Below are positions 35,866-44,979 of a DNA stretch of 64,000 nt, in pieces; the stretch's first letter is position 1; each line of letters opens with the position of its first letter. Made by a program: the position numbers and the translations under genes. The stretch spans positions 40,524-104,523 of the forward strand of contig JBAXJG010000002.1 in the NCBI GenBank assembly GCA_037137975.1, read 5' to 3'. The stretch is from Candidatus Uhrbacteria bacterium. GTDB lineage: Bacteria; Patescibacteriota; Patescibacteriia; 2-12-FULL-60-25. The notes under the pieces were generated by a model. It saw nothing but the letters and a program-made list of their open reading frames with translations, made no database searches and was not told where the DNA came from.

Positions 35866-38501
35866 ACGGCAGCTCAGCGCGTTTTTGGATACGCGTTGAT
35901 GGCTATCAGATTCATCGCTGCACGAAATGCGGATTTGGTTTCGTGTATCCAACTCCAGATGTCTCCAAGCAGCTGTATGGAGAAGATTATTTTTTTGGAT
36001 CTACACAAGGATTTGGATATGTTGATTACGATTCTGATAAGCAAGCAATGGCCGGCGAGCTGCGTCGTATTTGCCGAACGTTAGCTTCGCGTCTTGGAAA
36101 GGTGGGGACGCTCCTAGACGTTGGAGCTGCGACTGGGTATTTTGTTGAGCTCGCATCGCAGGAAGGGTGGGATGCGGAGGGCATTGAATTATCAGAGGAA
36201 GCAGTACGTGTGGGGCAGCAGAAAGGGAGAAGGCTTGCGACCGGTACAATCGATTCTATTGAGGGAGAGGCACGTTTTGATACGATTACGCTACTCGATG
36301 TTTTGGAACATATTCCAGATCCAGTAGCTGCGGTTCGTGAGGCGTATAGACTATTGAAGCCAGGCGGTATTCTATTGGTTAATGTTCCAGACTTTGGAAG
36401 TGTTTTTGCAAGACTAATGTCCAGCCGTTGGCAGGCGATTGTTCCACCAGAGCATTTGTCGTATTTTACGCGTTCGAGTTTACGCATTGCTTTTGGATCT
36501 GTTGGATTCGAATGTGTTGAATTCTATAAACCGATTAAGACATTTCGTTTACGATATATTATTTCGATGTTGTCGCGCCAAAAAACTTGGAAGTTCTTAC
36601 GGCATGTTCAGCCTTGGTTGGAGCATTCTTGGATTGGAAAATGGATATTACCAGTACCTGTTTTTGATAATTTGCAAGCGGTCGGAAGAAAGCCCGCAAG
36701 TCAGCAGACTCATCAGGCTTTGTGCCCACCAACCAAGAAGTCGAGATGGCTTCCAATAGCTACCTTGTTTGGAGTTATAACTTTCATTTTTCTTGTACCG
36801 ATCGTGAATGTGCGGTGGATTGCCGGTACGAATTGGCGTGGCGTCGTACCAACTGTTGTAGATGATGATGTTTACTATTATGCGCGTGTCCATGAGATCT
36901 TGGATGGGCATTCGTTGATAGGGAATCCATATTTTTACGAACATCGCGATGAGATTAGTCCTGCATTCTTTGGAGCGGATTGGTTGGCATCACCTCCATA
37001 TTATTTTTTTTCTTTCGCTGTTGCGGCCGCTTGGAATATTCTTTTTTGGTCTCTCGTGACTACTTTGCTAGCTTATTGGTTGCTCCGACGGTTGGGTGCT
37101 AGTCCTTGGTGGGCGGTTTTGGGGGCAATTGTTGTTGATTTAACTTCGTATGGAGTGTTGGTTCGCCCAACTTCGATGCAGGTCGTGTTGCCTGCCTTAT
37201 TATGTTATTGGTTGGCTCTTCATGCATGGATTCGTAAACCAACACTTCGGTCTATGGTCTGGTTGGTGATCGCTACCGCTTTTCAATTTTATATATATTC
37301 ATACCTGTGGTTGGTCGCTGGTGGGACGTTTATTGCGCTTGGAGCCTTTTTTGTTTTTTCACGTCGTTGGCGAGATATTATATCGCTTTTCTATTGCGGC
37401 TTCGCTTCGTTGATTTTGGCTGGACCTGCTTTATGGATGTCTCGTCTTCAGTTGAGTAATCCTTGGTATTGGGAGACGATGTTACGTATTGGGTTGGTGA
37501 AAACGCACTTCCCTCCGTTCCTTGCGTTTACCTTGTCTGCTTGGATTATTGCCGTGTGTTTACTTTGGTCGATTTTTTACGTGCAAGCGAAAAAGGATCA
37601 TGTTGAGCGTCGAAAAGAGGTAGTGATATTTTTATTTGCTGCTGGCTTAGGTCTTGTTGTGGTCATGTTGAGCCCAATCGTGAGTGGCCAAGAGTTAGCC
37701 ACTGCAAACCATTTGTTTCGTTTTGCTGCGCCATGGGGGGTTATCCTGTTGGCGGTTTTAGCCTCTCAATATCATGCCATTGGACCGCGATGGGCACGTA
37801 TGAGTGGCGTGTTACGACTATTAGCTATGAGTCTTGTGTTCGTTGCTATTTCATATCCCTTGTCTGACTTTTGGGCTATTCCCGCTTTTGCGTTGATCCC
37901 TGCATTAGAAACAAGGAAGCATATTTCAGAAGTGCAAACATATGCCGCGCCTGCTGCGTGGCTTGAATCGCAAGCGACAAGTACAACAGTTGTTTTAGCA
38001 AACTCTCTATTTAGTGATTTTGTACCGATATTGACGCGGCATTATGTTTTATTTAATTCGTTCGGGACACTGCATTTGCTATCAACAAGAGAAGCAGAAG
38101 ATCGATACCTTGTTGCAAATATTTTTCACTCGCCAGACGTTGTTTCTTTAGCTGCTCAATATCGAGCATATGGGGGAACTGGGAATGCTATCGATCAGCC
38201 CATGACGCGAAATCGTGAAGTTCGTATCTGTCGATTATTTCATTTATCTTGGTTTGGTATAGACTGTGGATCGACAGTTTCGGATGTCGTGGCTTGGAAG
38301 GGTGCTGAGTATTTTGTTAGTCTAGAACAGCGGTATAAAATGGAGATCGCGCCAGATATTCTTGGCGCATTACATCGATTGAATGTTGGATATCTTGTGA
38401 GAGATAAACAGAGGGATGAAGCATGGGATATGTCAAAAATACCTACCGCAATCAAGCAATATGATGATGGCAAATTTGAAATATATCAAATTAGTCCCTG
38501 A
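35823..38501 (+). CDS. Fusion protein: zinc-ribbon + class I SAM methyltransferase domain joined to a large GT-C-like polytopic membrane domain
   Basis: N-terminal CPLDG...HRCTKCGFGF, then motif I LLDVGAATGYF and FDTITLLDVLEHI. From about residue 300 there are more than 12 TM helices, with the acidic motif VVDDDVYYYARVHEI after the first helix. Confidence 0.7.
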   Translation: MEISENQAHTSCPLDGSSARFWIRVDGYQIHRCTKCGFGFVYPTPDVSKQLYGEDYFFGSTQGFGYVDYDSDKQAMAGELRRICRTLASRLGKVGTLLDVGAATGYFVELASQEGWDAEGIELSEEAVRVGQQKGRRLATGTIDSIEGEARFDTITLLDVLEHIPDPVAAVREAYRLLKPGGILLVNVPDFGSVFARLMSSRWQAIVPPEHLSYFTRSSLRIAFGSVGFECVEFYKPIKTFRLRYIISMLSRQKTWKFLRHVQPWLEHSWIGKWILPVPVFDNLQAVGRKPASQQTHQALCPPTKKSRWLPIATLFGVITFIFLVPIVNVRWIAGTNWRGVVPTVVDDDVYYYARVHEILDGHSLIGNPYFYEHRDEISPAFFGADWLASPPYYFFSFAVAAAWNILFWSLVTTLLAYWLLRRLGASPWWAVLGAIVVDLTSYGVLVRPTSMQVVLPALLCYWLALHAWIRKPTLRSMVWLVIATAFQFYIYSYLWLVAGGTFIALGAFFVFSRRWRDIISLFYCGFASLILAGPALWMSRLQLSNPWYWETMLRIGLVKTHFPPFLAFTLSAWIIAVCLLWSIFYVQAKKDHVERRKEVVIFLFAAGLGLVVVMLSPIVSGQELATANHLFRFAAPWGVILLAVLASQYHAIGPRWARMSGVLRLLAMSLVFVAISYPLSDFWAIPAFALIPALETRKHISEVQTYAAPAAWLESQATSTTVVLANSLFSDFVPILTRHYVLFNSFGTLHLLSTREAEDRYLVANIFHSPDVVSLAAQYRAYGGTGNAIDQPMTRNREVRICRLFHLSWFGIDCGSTVSDVVAWKGAEYFVSLEQRYKMEIAPDILGALHRLNVGYLVRDKQRDEAWDMSKIPTAIKQYDDGKFEIYQISP

Positions 38502-38511
38502 ATAATTTTTC

Positions 38512-40128
38512 ATGATTTCTATTTCGCGAATTTTTGGGTTTGTGCGGTCTCACTGGGAGGACGTCGTATTTTCTATGCTTGTTATAGGGTGTGTGGTTGG
38601 TGTGTGGCATGCGCTTCCTTTAACAAATATTGTGAATGATGAGATGTATTTTGTCGGGGGAGTGTTCCGTGCATTGCAGCAGAAAAGCATATTCCCGTTA
38701 CCGGGGGATGTTCCGTATGGGACGATCACATTTTGGTCGAATTATTTCGTATTTAGTGTCTTGCTAGCAGGCTTGTTTGCCATCTTCCGTTTTCAGGTGT
38801 CTATCGTAAAAGAGTTCGTGGTACAGCACGTTGGCTGGATGTATGTCGTACCCCGTTTGGTGAGTGCTGGTATTGCTATCGGTCTGCTTTTTTTCGTGAG
38901 AGACATCCTACGTCGTATAGGTTTGAATAAGCGTGAGCAGCTATCTCTACTTGTTATATTATTCACAAATTTGACGATGTCAGCGGTACTACACACTGGG
39001 AAAGTGTGGGTATTAAGTACATCCTTAGTTGTGATTTCTATTGGATACCTGCTGCGTTCCATAAACACGCGGGTGCAAACGCGACGAAATATTTTTTGCA
39101 GCATTCTGACGGCTTTTCTTGCATTTGCGAATTTTCCATTGTGCGGTTTTGCATTAATTGTTATTCCGTTATTGATTTGGTTTCATCGACATGAGAGACG
39201 ATTACTCTTGACAGTCGTGTATAGTGTCATTTGTAGTATTTTTGTTTCTTTTTTCGTGTTTTTAGCAAATTCGCACAATATCATTACGCAAGTAACGGAT
39301 ATATTTACTGCATATCATCCGCTTACTTCAACGAATGGCTCGCTATCTACGAGTATTGGATTTTGGCGATCGCTTGGTCTTCATGCCCAGCAGGTTGTAA
39401 GTATATTTCCTTTGTCTATCTTGTTAATAGTTGTTGGTTTTAGAAATGGCGTCCGTCATAAGTCGCTCATGTATATCGCTTCTGCCTATGCGTGCGTATA
39501 TTTCCTTTTGATTACCATCCTTGTGACATGGACGAATGATAGTAGTTCGAACATAAGATATCTATTTCCGCTTGGGTTCTTTCTAATTTTTATTGTTGCA
39601 GCTTTTCGTCCACCTAATCATAAATGGCTGTATGTCCTAGGAGGCATTTCTCTTATCCCGTATTTTTTGTTTCTGTATCATTTGTCCGTTCCAACAACGT
39701 ATAATGAGGCTACTTCTTGGATTTTGGCTCACGCAAACAAAGAAGATGTGGTGGTCATCAATCAAATGAATCCCATATTGACTTTGCCGAAAAATGCTAA
39801 GTCGTATAGCTTCGTACAAGAAAAATTTTGCGCAACTATCTGCCAAGAGGCGCTTAAGTCCAATCTTAATTCAGAGATCAAATTCTTTCTCTTAGATTCG
39901 GAATCGATTGCAGTTACAACCTCACAAGTTGGGTACGACGTTTATCGAGTATCAAGCTCAACAGATATTTTTCCTCATGAAAAACTTATTAAGACGTTTG
40001 TGACTGGTGCGGGCAATCCGCCCGAGTTTGACATTGATTACAATATTGGAAGCTATTTTGATTGGCGATTTTACACCATTCGTAAATTTGGGAAAGGAAT
40101 ATACATCTATCACGAGCAAAAGAATTAA
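38512..40128 (+). CDS. Polytopic membrane protein, GT-C-like
   Basis: About 11 TM helices, with loop-1 acidic motif NIVNDEMYFVGGVFRAL and a C-terminal soluble domain. Confidence 0.45.
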   Translation: MISISRIFGFVRSHWEDVVFSMLVIGCVVGVWHALPLTNIVNDEMYFVGGVFRALQQKSIFPLPGDVPYGTITFWSNYFVFSVLLAGLFAIFRFQVSIVKEFVVQHVGWMYVVPRLVSAGIAIGLLFFVRDILRRIGLNKREQLSLLVILFTNLTMSAVLHTGKVWVLSTSLVVISIGYLLRSINTRVQTRRNIFCSILTAFLAFANFPLCGFALIVIPLLIWFHRHERRLLLTVVYSVICSIFVSFFVFLANSHNIITQVTDIFTAYHPLTSTNGSLSTSIGFWRSLGLHAQQVVSIFPLSILLIVVGFRNGVRHKSLMYIASAYACVYFLLITILVTWTNDSSSNIRYLFPLGFFLIFIVAAFRPPNHKWLYVLGGISLIPYFLFLYHLSVPTTYNEATSWILAHANKEDVVVINQMNPILTLPKNAKSYSFVQEKFCATICQEALKSNLNSEIKFFLLDSESIAVTTSQVGYDVYRVSSSTDIFPHEKLIKTFVTGAGNPPEFDIDYNIGSYFDWRFYTIRKFGKGIYIYHEQKN

Positions 40129-40143
40129 TGTTGGTTTCTGTAT

Positions 40144-41451
40144 CTATTCGACTTGTAATGGTTGGTCCTTTGATCGTTGTAAAATTGTGTGTGCGGTAAA
40201 GTACATCAATGTCCGTGCTCCGATGCGAGCTATAATAACTCCCCATAGCCCATAGAGCCATGCGCCAAGGAGGAGAAGTACGATTTGTATCGTATAGTTG
40301 ATTGTATTGAATTGCGCCGTCTCTTTCTTTAAACCCTTCGCTTGAAATATTGTTGAGATGAGAGAGCCGGGCATCCCGAAAATTAATGACAAGCTGTATA
40401 TTTGAGAATAGGGGACAGAGCTACTGTATGCTGGAAAAAATAGTTTAAAAAAGAATGGGATTAAGATAATGTATACGATGATTGTACCTGTAACACCAGC
40501 AGCAAATAGGAAAATTTTTGGACCTATTGTTTTACGAGTTTCTGAAATTTGATTAACCGCGAATTTCGGTAGTGCAATTGATTGGACGGATTTCATGAAT
40601 CCTTTGAGTTGTTCGACGGGGATTGTTGCGAATGAATATATGGCGAGTGCTGGCGCGCCTAGAAAATGAAATACAAGAATGCTATCGATGCTGTTCGCGA
40701 TTGTGCCGAGAATATCGATAATGGACATGTGCGTTCCAAACGACAGCATATCTTTTCCTACTTTGTTATTTTCGCATTTACGTTTTGCGATGTAGTAGCT
40801 AACGAGCAATACGCTACTAGTTCCTAGGAACGCTGCGAATAACAGTACGGGATCTTTTATAAATATAAATGCAGCTGCCATTCCTAAGGATGAGAAGATG
40901 CTGCTCGCGATGTTAATTTTTGTATATTCGGCAAATAACTTTTTTCCCGTGAACAAGCTGCTGTACACGTTGGACGCGTAAATCCAAGGGGCAAATATTG
41001 AAAGGAGAATTAGGGCTATGGTGAGATCATTACGTCCTTGAAAAGCATAGTATCCGGCACCAATAATCGAAATGATTGAACCAAGAATGCCGCCAATGAG
41101 TTTTCGTCGAAATCCGACACTGATACCTCCGTCATTTCCATTCGCGACATCGCGCGCAACAGCAAGCTCTATGCCGGAAAATGTTGTAAGTGAAAACAAT
41201 GAAAAGAGAGAAAGAAAGTATTTATACTGGCCATAGGTTTCTTTTGAAAGAAAATGAGCGATTAGTATGTATATAACGACTCCATTGAATACATTAACCG
41301 CTTGGACAAGAATAACGAGTGATGTATTTTTCGCGAGATAGATATTGTCGGTACGCGTATATTTTTCTAAATGCCGCAATATCTTTGAGATTTGCGCAGA
41401 AAATGAATGGAGCGAATATTTACCCATAATTTCAATGGGTCGACTTTTCAT
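40144..41451 (-). CDS. wzx: Wzx-type polysaccharide flippase (MOP/PST family)
   Basis: 435 aa with about 12 TM helices, typical PST-family composition, and glycan-locus context. Confidence 0.75.
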   Translation of the reverse strand: MKSRPIEIMGKYSLHSFSAQISKILRHLEKYTRTDNIYLAKNTSLVILVQAVNVFNGVVIYILIAHFLSKETYGQYKYFLSLFSLFSLTTFSGIELAVARDVANGNDGGISVGFRRKLIGGILGSIISIIGAGYYAFQGRNDLTIALILLSIFAPWIYASNVYSSLFTGKKLFAEYTKINIASSIFSSLGMAAAFIFIKDPVLLFAAFLGTSSVLLVSYYIAKRKCENNKVGKDMLSFGTHMSIIDILGTIANSIDSILVFHFLGAPALAIYSFATIPVEQLKGFMKSVQSIALPKFAVNQISETRKTIGPKIFLFAAGVTGTIIVYIILIPFFFKLFFPAYSSSVPYSQIYSLSLIFGMPGSLISTIFQAKGLKKETAQFNTINYTIQIVLLLLGAWLYGLWGVIIARIGARTLMYFTAHTILQRSKDQPLQVE

Positions 41452-41541
41452 CGACCGTGGTCTAAGTTGTGCTTAACTCTATTCGTAAGGTACGTATTTA
41501 TCAAGTTTTAGAATATTATGAAGTATATATAGGTATTGTAT

Positions 41542-42207
41542 ATGCGCAATCAACTCATATCGTATATAAAAAATAAGTTCATTTATTCACGTAAATTCAG
41601 GAAACCGCGAATTTGGTCAAATCAAATTTTACGCCAGGTAGCCTCCTCATGTAGCGGAGACGTTATTAATGTTTCAGGTTGGGACGACAATGATAAAGAC
41701 GGTGGTTGTTATCGCGATTATTTTGTAAACGCATCCTCGTATTGCGTTTCAAATTTTCCAGGAGAACGAGGTTTTCAAGGACGCGACAATGAGATTTTGC
41801 TAGATTTGGAGCAGCCTTTGGACGCGCGCTTGCTAAATCGTTTTGACACGGTATTTAATCATACAACGCTTGAACATATCTATGATGTGAATACTGCTTT
41901 TCGCAATCTTTGTTTAATGAATAGGGAAAAGGTAATTATCGTTGTGCCATTCGCTCAGGAGATGCATTTCAATAAATCATTTAAAGATTATTGGCGATTT
42001 TCGCCTTACGTCATAGAACGAATGTTTCGAGACAACGGGATAACATTGATTTACATCACAGCCAATGAGATACCTCGACAAAGTATATATATTGTTGCAG
42101 TAGGAACGAAGAAGCCGAATAAAAATATCGAGCAAGATACCCAGAGCGCTTTGTTAGATGAAAGAGTTTTTAATCACTTAGGTGAGCGGCTATTTTCCCC
42201 GTTTTGA
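41542..42207 (+). CDS. Putative SAM-dependent methyltransferase
   Basis: VINVSGW.. and FDTVFNHTTLEHIYDV...REKVIIVVPF resemble the Methyltransf_11/23 layout. Confidence 0.45.
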   Translation: MRNQLISYIKNKFIYSRKFRKPRIWSNQILRQVASSCSGDVINVSGWDDNDKDGGCYRDYFVNASSYCVSNFPGERGFQGRDNEILLDLEQPLDARLLNRFDTVFNHTTLEHIYDVNTAFRNLCLMNREKVIIVVPFAQEMHFNKSFKDYWRFSPYVIERMFRDNGITLIYITANEIPRQSIYIVAVGTKKPNKNIEQDTQSALLDERVFNHLGERLFSPF

Positions 42208-42274
42208 AATCCGTTTTTTGATAAATATAGTTTGATGTTGATTTAGTTTTAACTTCTGAGTAAGGTAGCCTCCT

Positions 42275-43993
42275 ATGGATCGCATCGCCATCATGGGGAC
42301 GGGAATGGTCGGGGGAGCCCTCGATCGCTTTTTCCGTATGCAGAACGTTTCGGCTGGGTTGTATGACCCGCCGAAAGGCCTTTCAGATACTGGTGTTTTA
42401 GCCTCTGCTGACGTGATTTTTATCGCTGTACCTACCCCATACTATCTCGACGGAAACGGGTTCGATGAGTCCTATCTCCGAGCCGCGATTCAGGCGATTC
42501 CTGCTCCGGGAAAGACGATTGTCCTCAAATCCACCATCCTACCGGGAACGACCGAGCGCATGCAGGCGGATTATCCGCAGCATCGTTTCTTGTTCAATCC
42601 AGAGTTTTTGACTGAGACGACTGCGGATCGCGACATGCAATTTCCGACGCGTCAGATCGTCGGATATACAGCTCAGAGTCGTGTGGACGCTGAGCGCGTA
42701 CTTGGACTTTTGCCACGCGCACCATTTGAGAAGATCATCCCATCGCGTGAAGCGGAATTGGTGAAATATTTTGGGAATGCATTTTACGCGCTGAAAGTTG
42801 CGTATGCGAACCAGATGTTTGATCTCACCAAAGCAATTGGAGCGGATTATGAAGTCGTGAAGGAATGCGCAAAAGCAGAACCTTGGATGGGAACGCACCA
42901 CTGGGAGATTTTTCATAAGGGGTATCGTGGCTATGGTGGAAAGTGTCTTCCAAAAGACGCACGTGCCATCGTGCAACTTGGCGAGCGCTATGGAATCGAT
43001 TTGAGTCTGTTGAAGCAGGCTGAACAATATAATAATGATTTGTGTAAGAGTCAGGGTTTGAATATCCAATGGGAAGAGGGCTCACCGAAGAAGGGGAAAA
43101 GCTATCTCGTGACGGGTGGTGCAGGATTTATTGGTTCGCATTTAGTGGAGGCGCTGATTGCCGATGGCCATCGTGTGCGTGTGATTGATAACCTTTCAAC
43201 GGGAAAGCGCGAGCGTGTGCATCCACAAGCGGAATTTATTTTGGCGGACTTCACGAATCTTGAAGAGATCAAACCACACTTTGTGGGAATTGACGGTGTG
43301 TTTCATGTCGGCGCTTTGCCACGTATTCCATACTCGATTGAACATCCGGTCCCAGCTGCTGAAGCGAATGTCATGGGTACATTAAACGTATTCGTTGCGG
43401 CTCGTGATGCCAATGTGAAGCGCGTAGTGTACAGCGCATCATCGTCAGCATATGGAAATCAATCGGAATTGCCGCTCCGTCCAGACATGCCACCAAATCC
43501 GATGAATCCGTATGCATTGCACAAATACATCGGTGAAAAGATCGCAGAACAGTTCAATCGCTTCTACGGGATGGAGACTGTCTCTTTGCGCTATTTTAAC
43601 GTGTATGGTCCTCGTATGGCTGATGAGGGCGCATATGTGACCGTGATCTCGCATTTCAAGCGTCAGGCTTTAGCAGGAATCCCAGTGGAGATTCATGGAG
43701 ACGGCGAACAAACTCGCGACTTTACGCATGTCTCGGATGTGGTTCGCGCGAATATGTTGGCTATGGATTCTGCAAAGGTTGGTCAGGGGCAAGTACTGAA
43801 TGTGGGCGCAGGGGAGCGTTGGTCCATCAATTTTATTGCCGATATGTTTGGAGGTCCGCGTCGTTATGTGGAGGGCCGTAAAGGCGAAGCTCGCGATACT
43901 CAGGCTGATTTTTCAAAGACCACTGAGCTTATCGGATGGATTCCTCAGGTGAAGTTTGCGGATGGGTTGCGCCGGTTGTTGAATGGGGAGTAA
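42275..43993 (+). CDS. Fusion: UDP-glucose/GDP-mannose dehydrogenase N-terminal + central domains (no C-terminal UDP-binding domain) joined to an extended-SDR epimerase/dehydratase
   Basis: IAIMGTGMVGGAL, NPEFLTE and GYGGKCLPKD (catalytic Cys context) come first. From about residue 276 follow YLVTGGAGFIGSHL and YALHKYIGE (YxxxK). Confidence 0.75.
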   Translation: MDRIAIMGTGMVGGALDRFFRMQNVSAGLYDPPKGLSDTGVLASADVIFIAVPTPYYLDGNGFDESYLRAAIQAIPAPGKTIVLKSTILPGTTERMQADYPQHRFLFNPEFLTETTADRDMQFPTRQIVGYTAQSRVDAERVLGLLPRAPFEKIIPSREAELVKYFGNAFYALKVAYANQMFDLTKAIGADYEVVKECAKAEPWMGTHHWEIFHKGYRGYGGKCLPKDARAIVQLGERYGIDLSLLKQAEQYNNDLCKSQGLNIQWEEGSPKKGKSYLVTGGAGFIGSHLVEALIADGHRVRVIDNLSTGKRERVHPQAEFILADFTNLEEIKPHFVGIDGVFHVGALPRIPYSIEHPVPAAEANVMGTLNVFVAARDANVKRVVYSASSSAYGNQSELPLRPDMPPNPMNPYALHKYIGEKIAEQFNRFYGMETVSLRYFNVYGPRMADEGAYVTVISHFKRQALAGIPVEIHGDGEQTRDFTHVSDVVRANMLAMDSAKVGQGQVLNVGAGERWSINFIADMFGGPRRYVEGRKGEARDTQADFSKTTELIGWIPQVKFADGLRRLLNGE

Positions 43994-44051
43994 TTTCAAT
44001 AGGCGGAACATAGATCCGCGTCACGTCCGCTAGGAAAGATCGGAGGCAATC

Positions 44052-44936
44052 GTGTCTGTTCTCGGCCTCTTGTTCGCATTCGCGAATGCTTTCCTAGAGT
44101 CACTCATGGACGTGGCAAGGAAGCGAAGCGGGGAGGAATTCAACAAGTGGACGGCGGCGTGGGGAATGCGGTTTTTCGCTGCACTCATTCTTGTGCCGTT
44201 CGCACTGTTCATTCGACCAGAGGGGTTTCCGCATGATCATTGGTTTTGGATCGCAACGCTCGGAAGCGTGGCGATCAATACCGTGACGTCGGTTCTCTAC
44301 ATGCACGCAGTCCAGATTGCGCCGCTCTCGCTCGTGCTACCGATCGTCACGCTGTCGCCCGTTTTCATGCTGGTGACATCGCCGCTCATCAATCACGAGA
44401 TGCCTAGCTGGCTCGGGGTTCTTGGCATTCTTCTCACAACGTGTGGGACCTATGCGCTGAATCTCCACAAGACGTCTGAAGGTGTGTTCGCACCAATTAC
44501 GTCGCTGTGGAAAGAAGAGGGGACGCGCTCCATGTTGATTGTCGCGGTTCTGTGGGGCGTGAGTGCTCCATTGGACAAGCTGGCGATTAAACATGCGGAT
44601 CCGTACTGGTACACCGCGGTTTCGCATTCGATCCTCGCGATCGTTCTCTTCCCGTTCATGCTTCGTTTCGGTCAAACGAAACTCGCCATGAGCCAAAGGG
44701 GATTGAAATATCTTGTACCGATCGGACTTTTGTCCGCCGCCTCATCACTTTGCCAGTTTATGGCATTCTCCATGATCCTTGTGCCGTATGCCGTTGGCAT
44801 CAAGCGGACTTCGGTCTTGTGGGGAGTCCTGTTCGGCAAGCTGGTCTTCAAGGAAGACAAAATCCGCGCGCGTCTCGTCGCTGCGCTTCTCATGGTTGCA
44901 GGAACGGTCGTCATTCTGATCTCAGCCATGAAGTAA
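44052..44936 (+). CDS. EamA/DMT-superfamily transporter
   Basis: 10 TM helices in two EamA-like halves. GGAGG sits 6 nt upstream of GTG 44052. Confidence 0.75.
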   Translation: MSVLGLLFAFANAFLESLMDVARKRSGEEFNKWTAAWGMRFFAALILVPFALFIRPEGFPHDHWFWIATLGSVAINTVTSVLYMHAVQIAPLSLVLPIVTLSPVFMLVTSPLINHEMPSWLGVLGILLTTCGTYALNLHKTSEGVFAPITSLWKEEGTRSMLIVAVLWGVSAPLDKLAIKHADPYWYTAVSHSILAIVLFPFMLRFGQTKLAMSQRGLKYLVPIGLLSAASSLCQFMAFSMILVPYAVGIKRTSVLWGVLFGKLVFKEDKIRARLVAALLMVAGTVVILISAMK

Positions 44937-44971
44937 ACAAAAACCCTCGATTGCTCGAGGGTATTTTATTT
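44937..44971. terminator. Bidirectional rho-independent terminator between convergent genes
   Basis: CCCTCGA-TTGC-TCGAGGG hairpin, flanked by AAACAAAAA on the 5' side and TATTTTATTT on the 3' side. Confidence 0.8.
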
Positions 44972-44979
44972 GCTTCACA

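Noticed and set aside
41633-42275. Repeated 12-mer AGGTAGCCTCCT at about 41636 (inside a CDS) and about 42258 (just upstream of the UGDH-SDR fusion start)
   Set aside because: Exact 12-mer pairs are expected by chance many times in a 64-kb window. The second copy is better explained as local sequence around the start codon.
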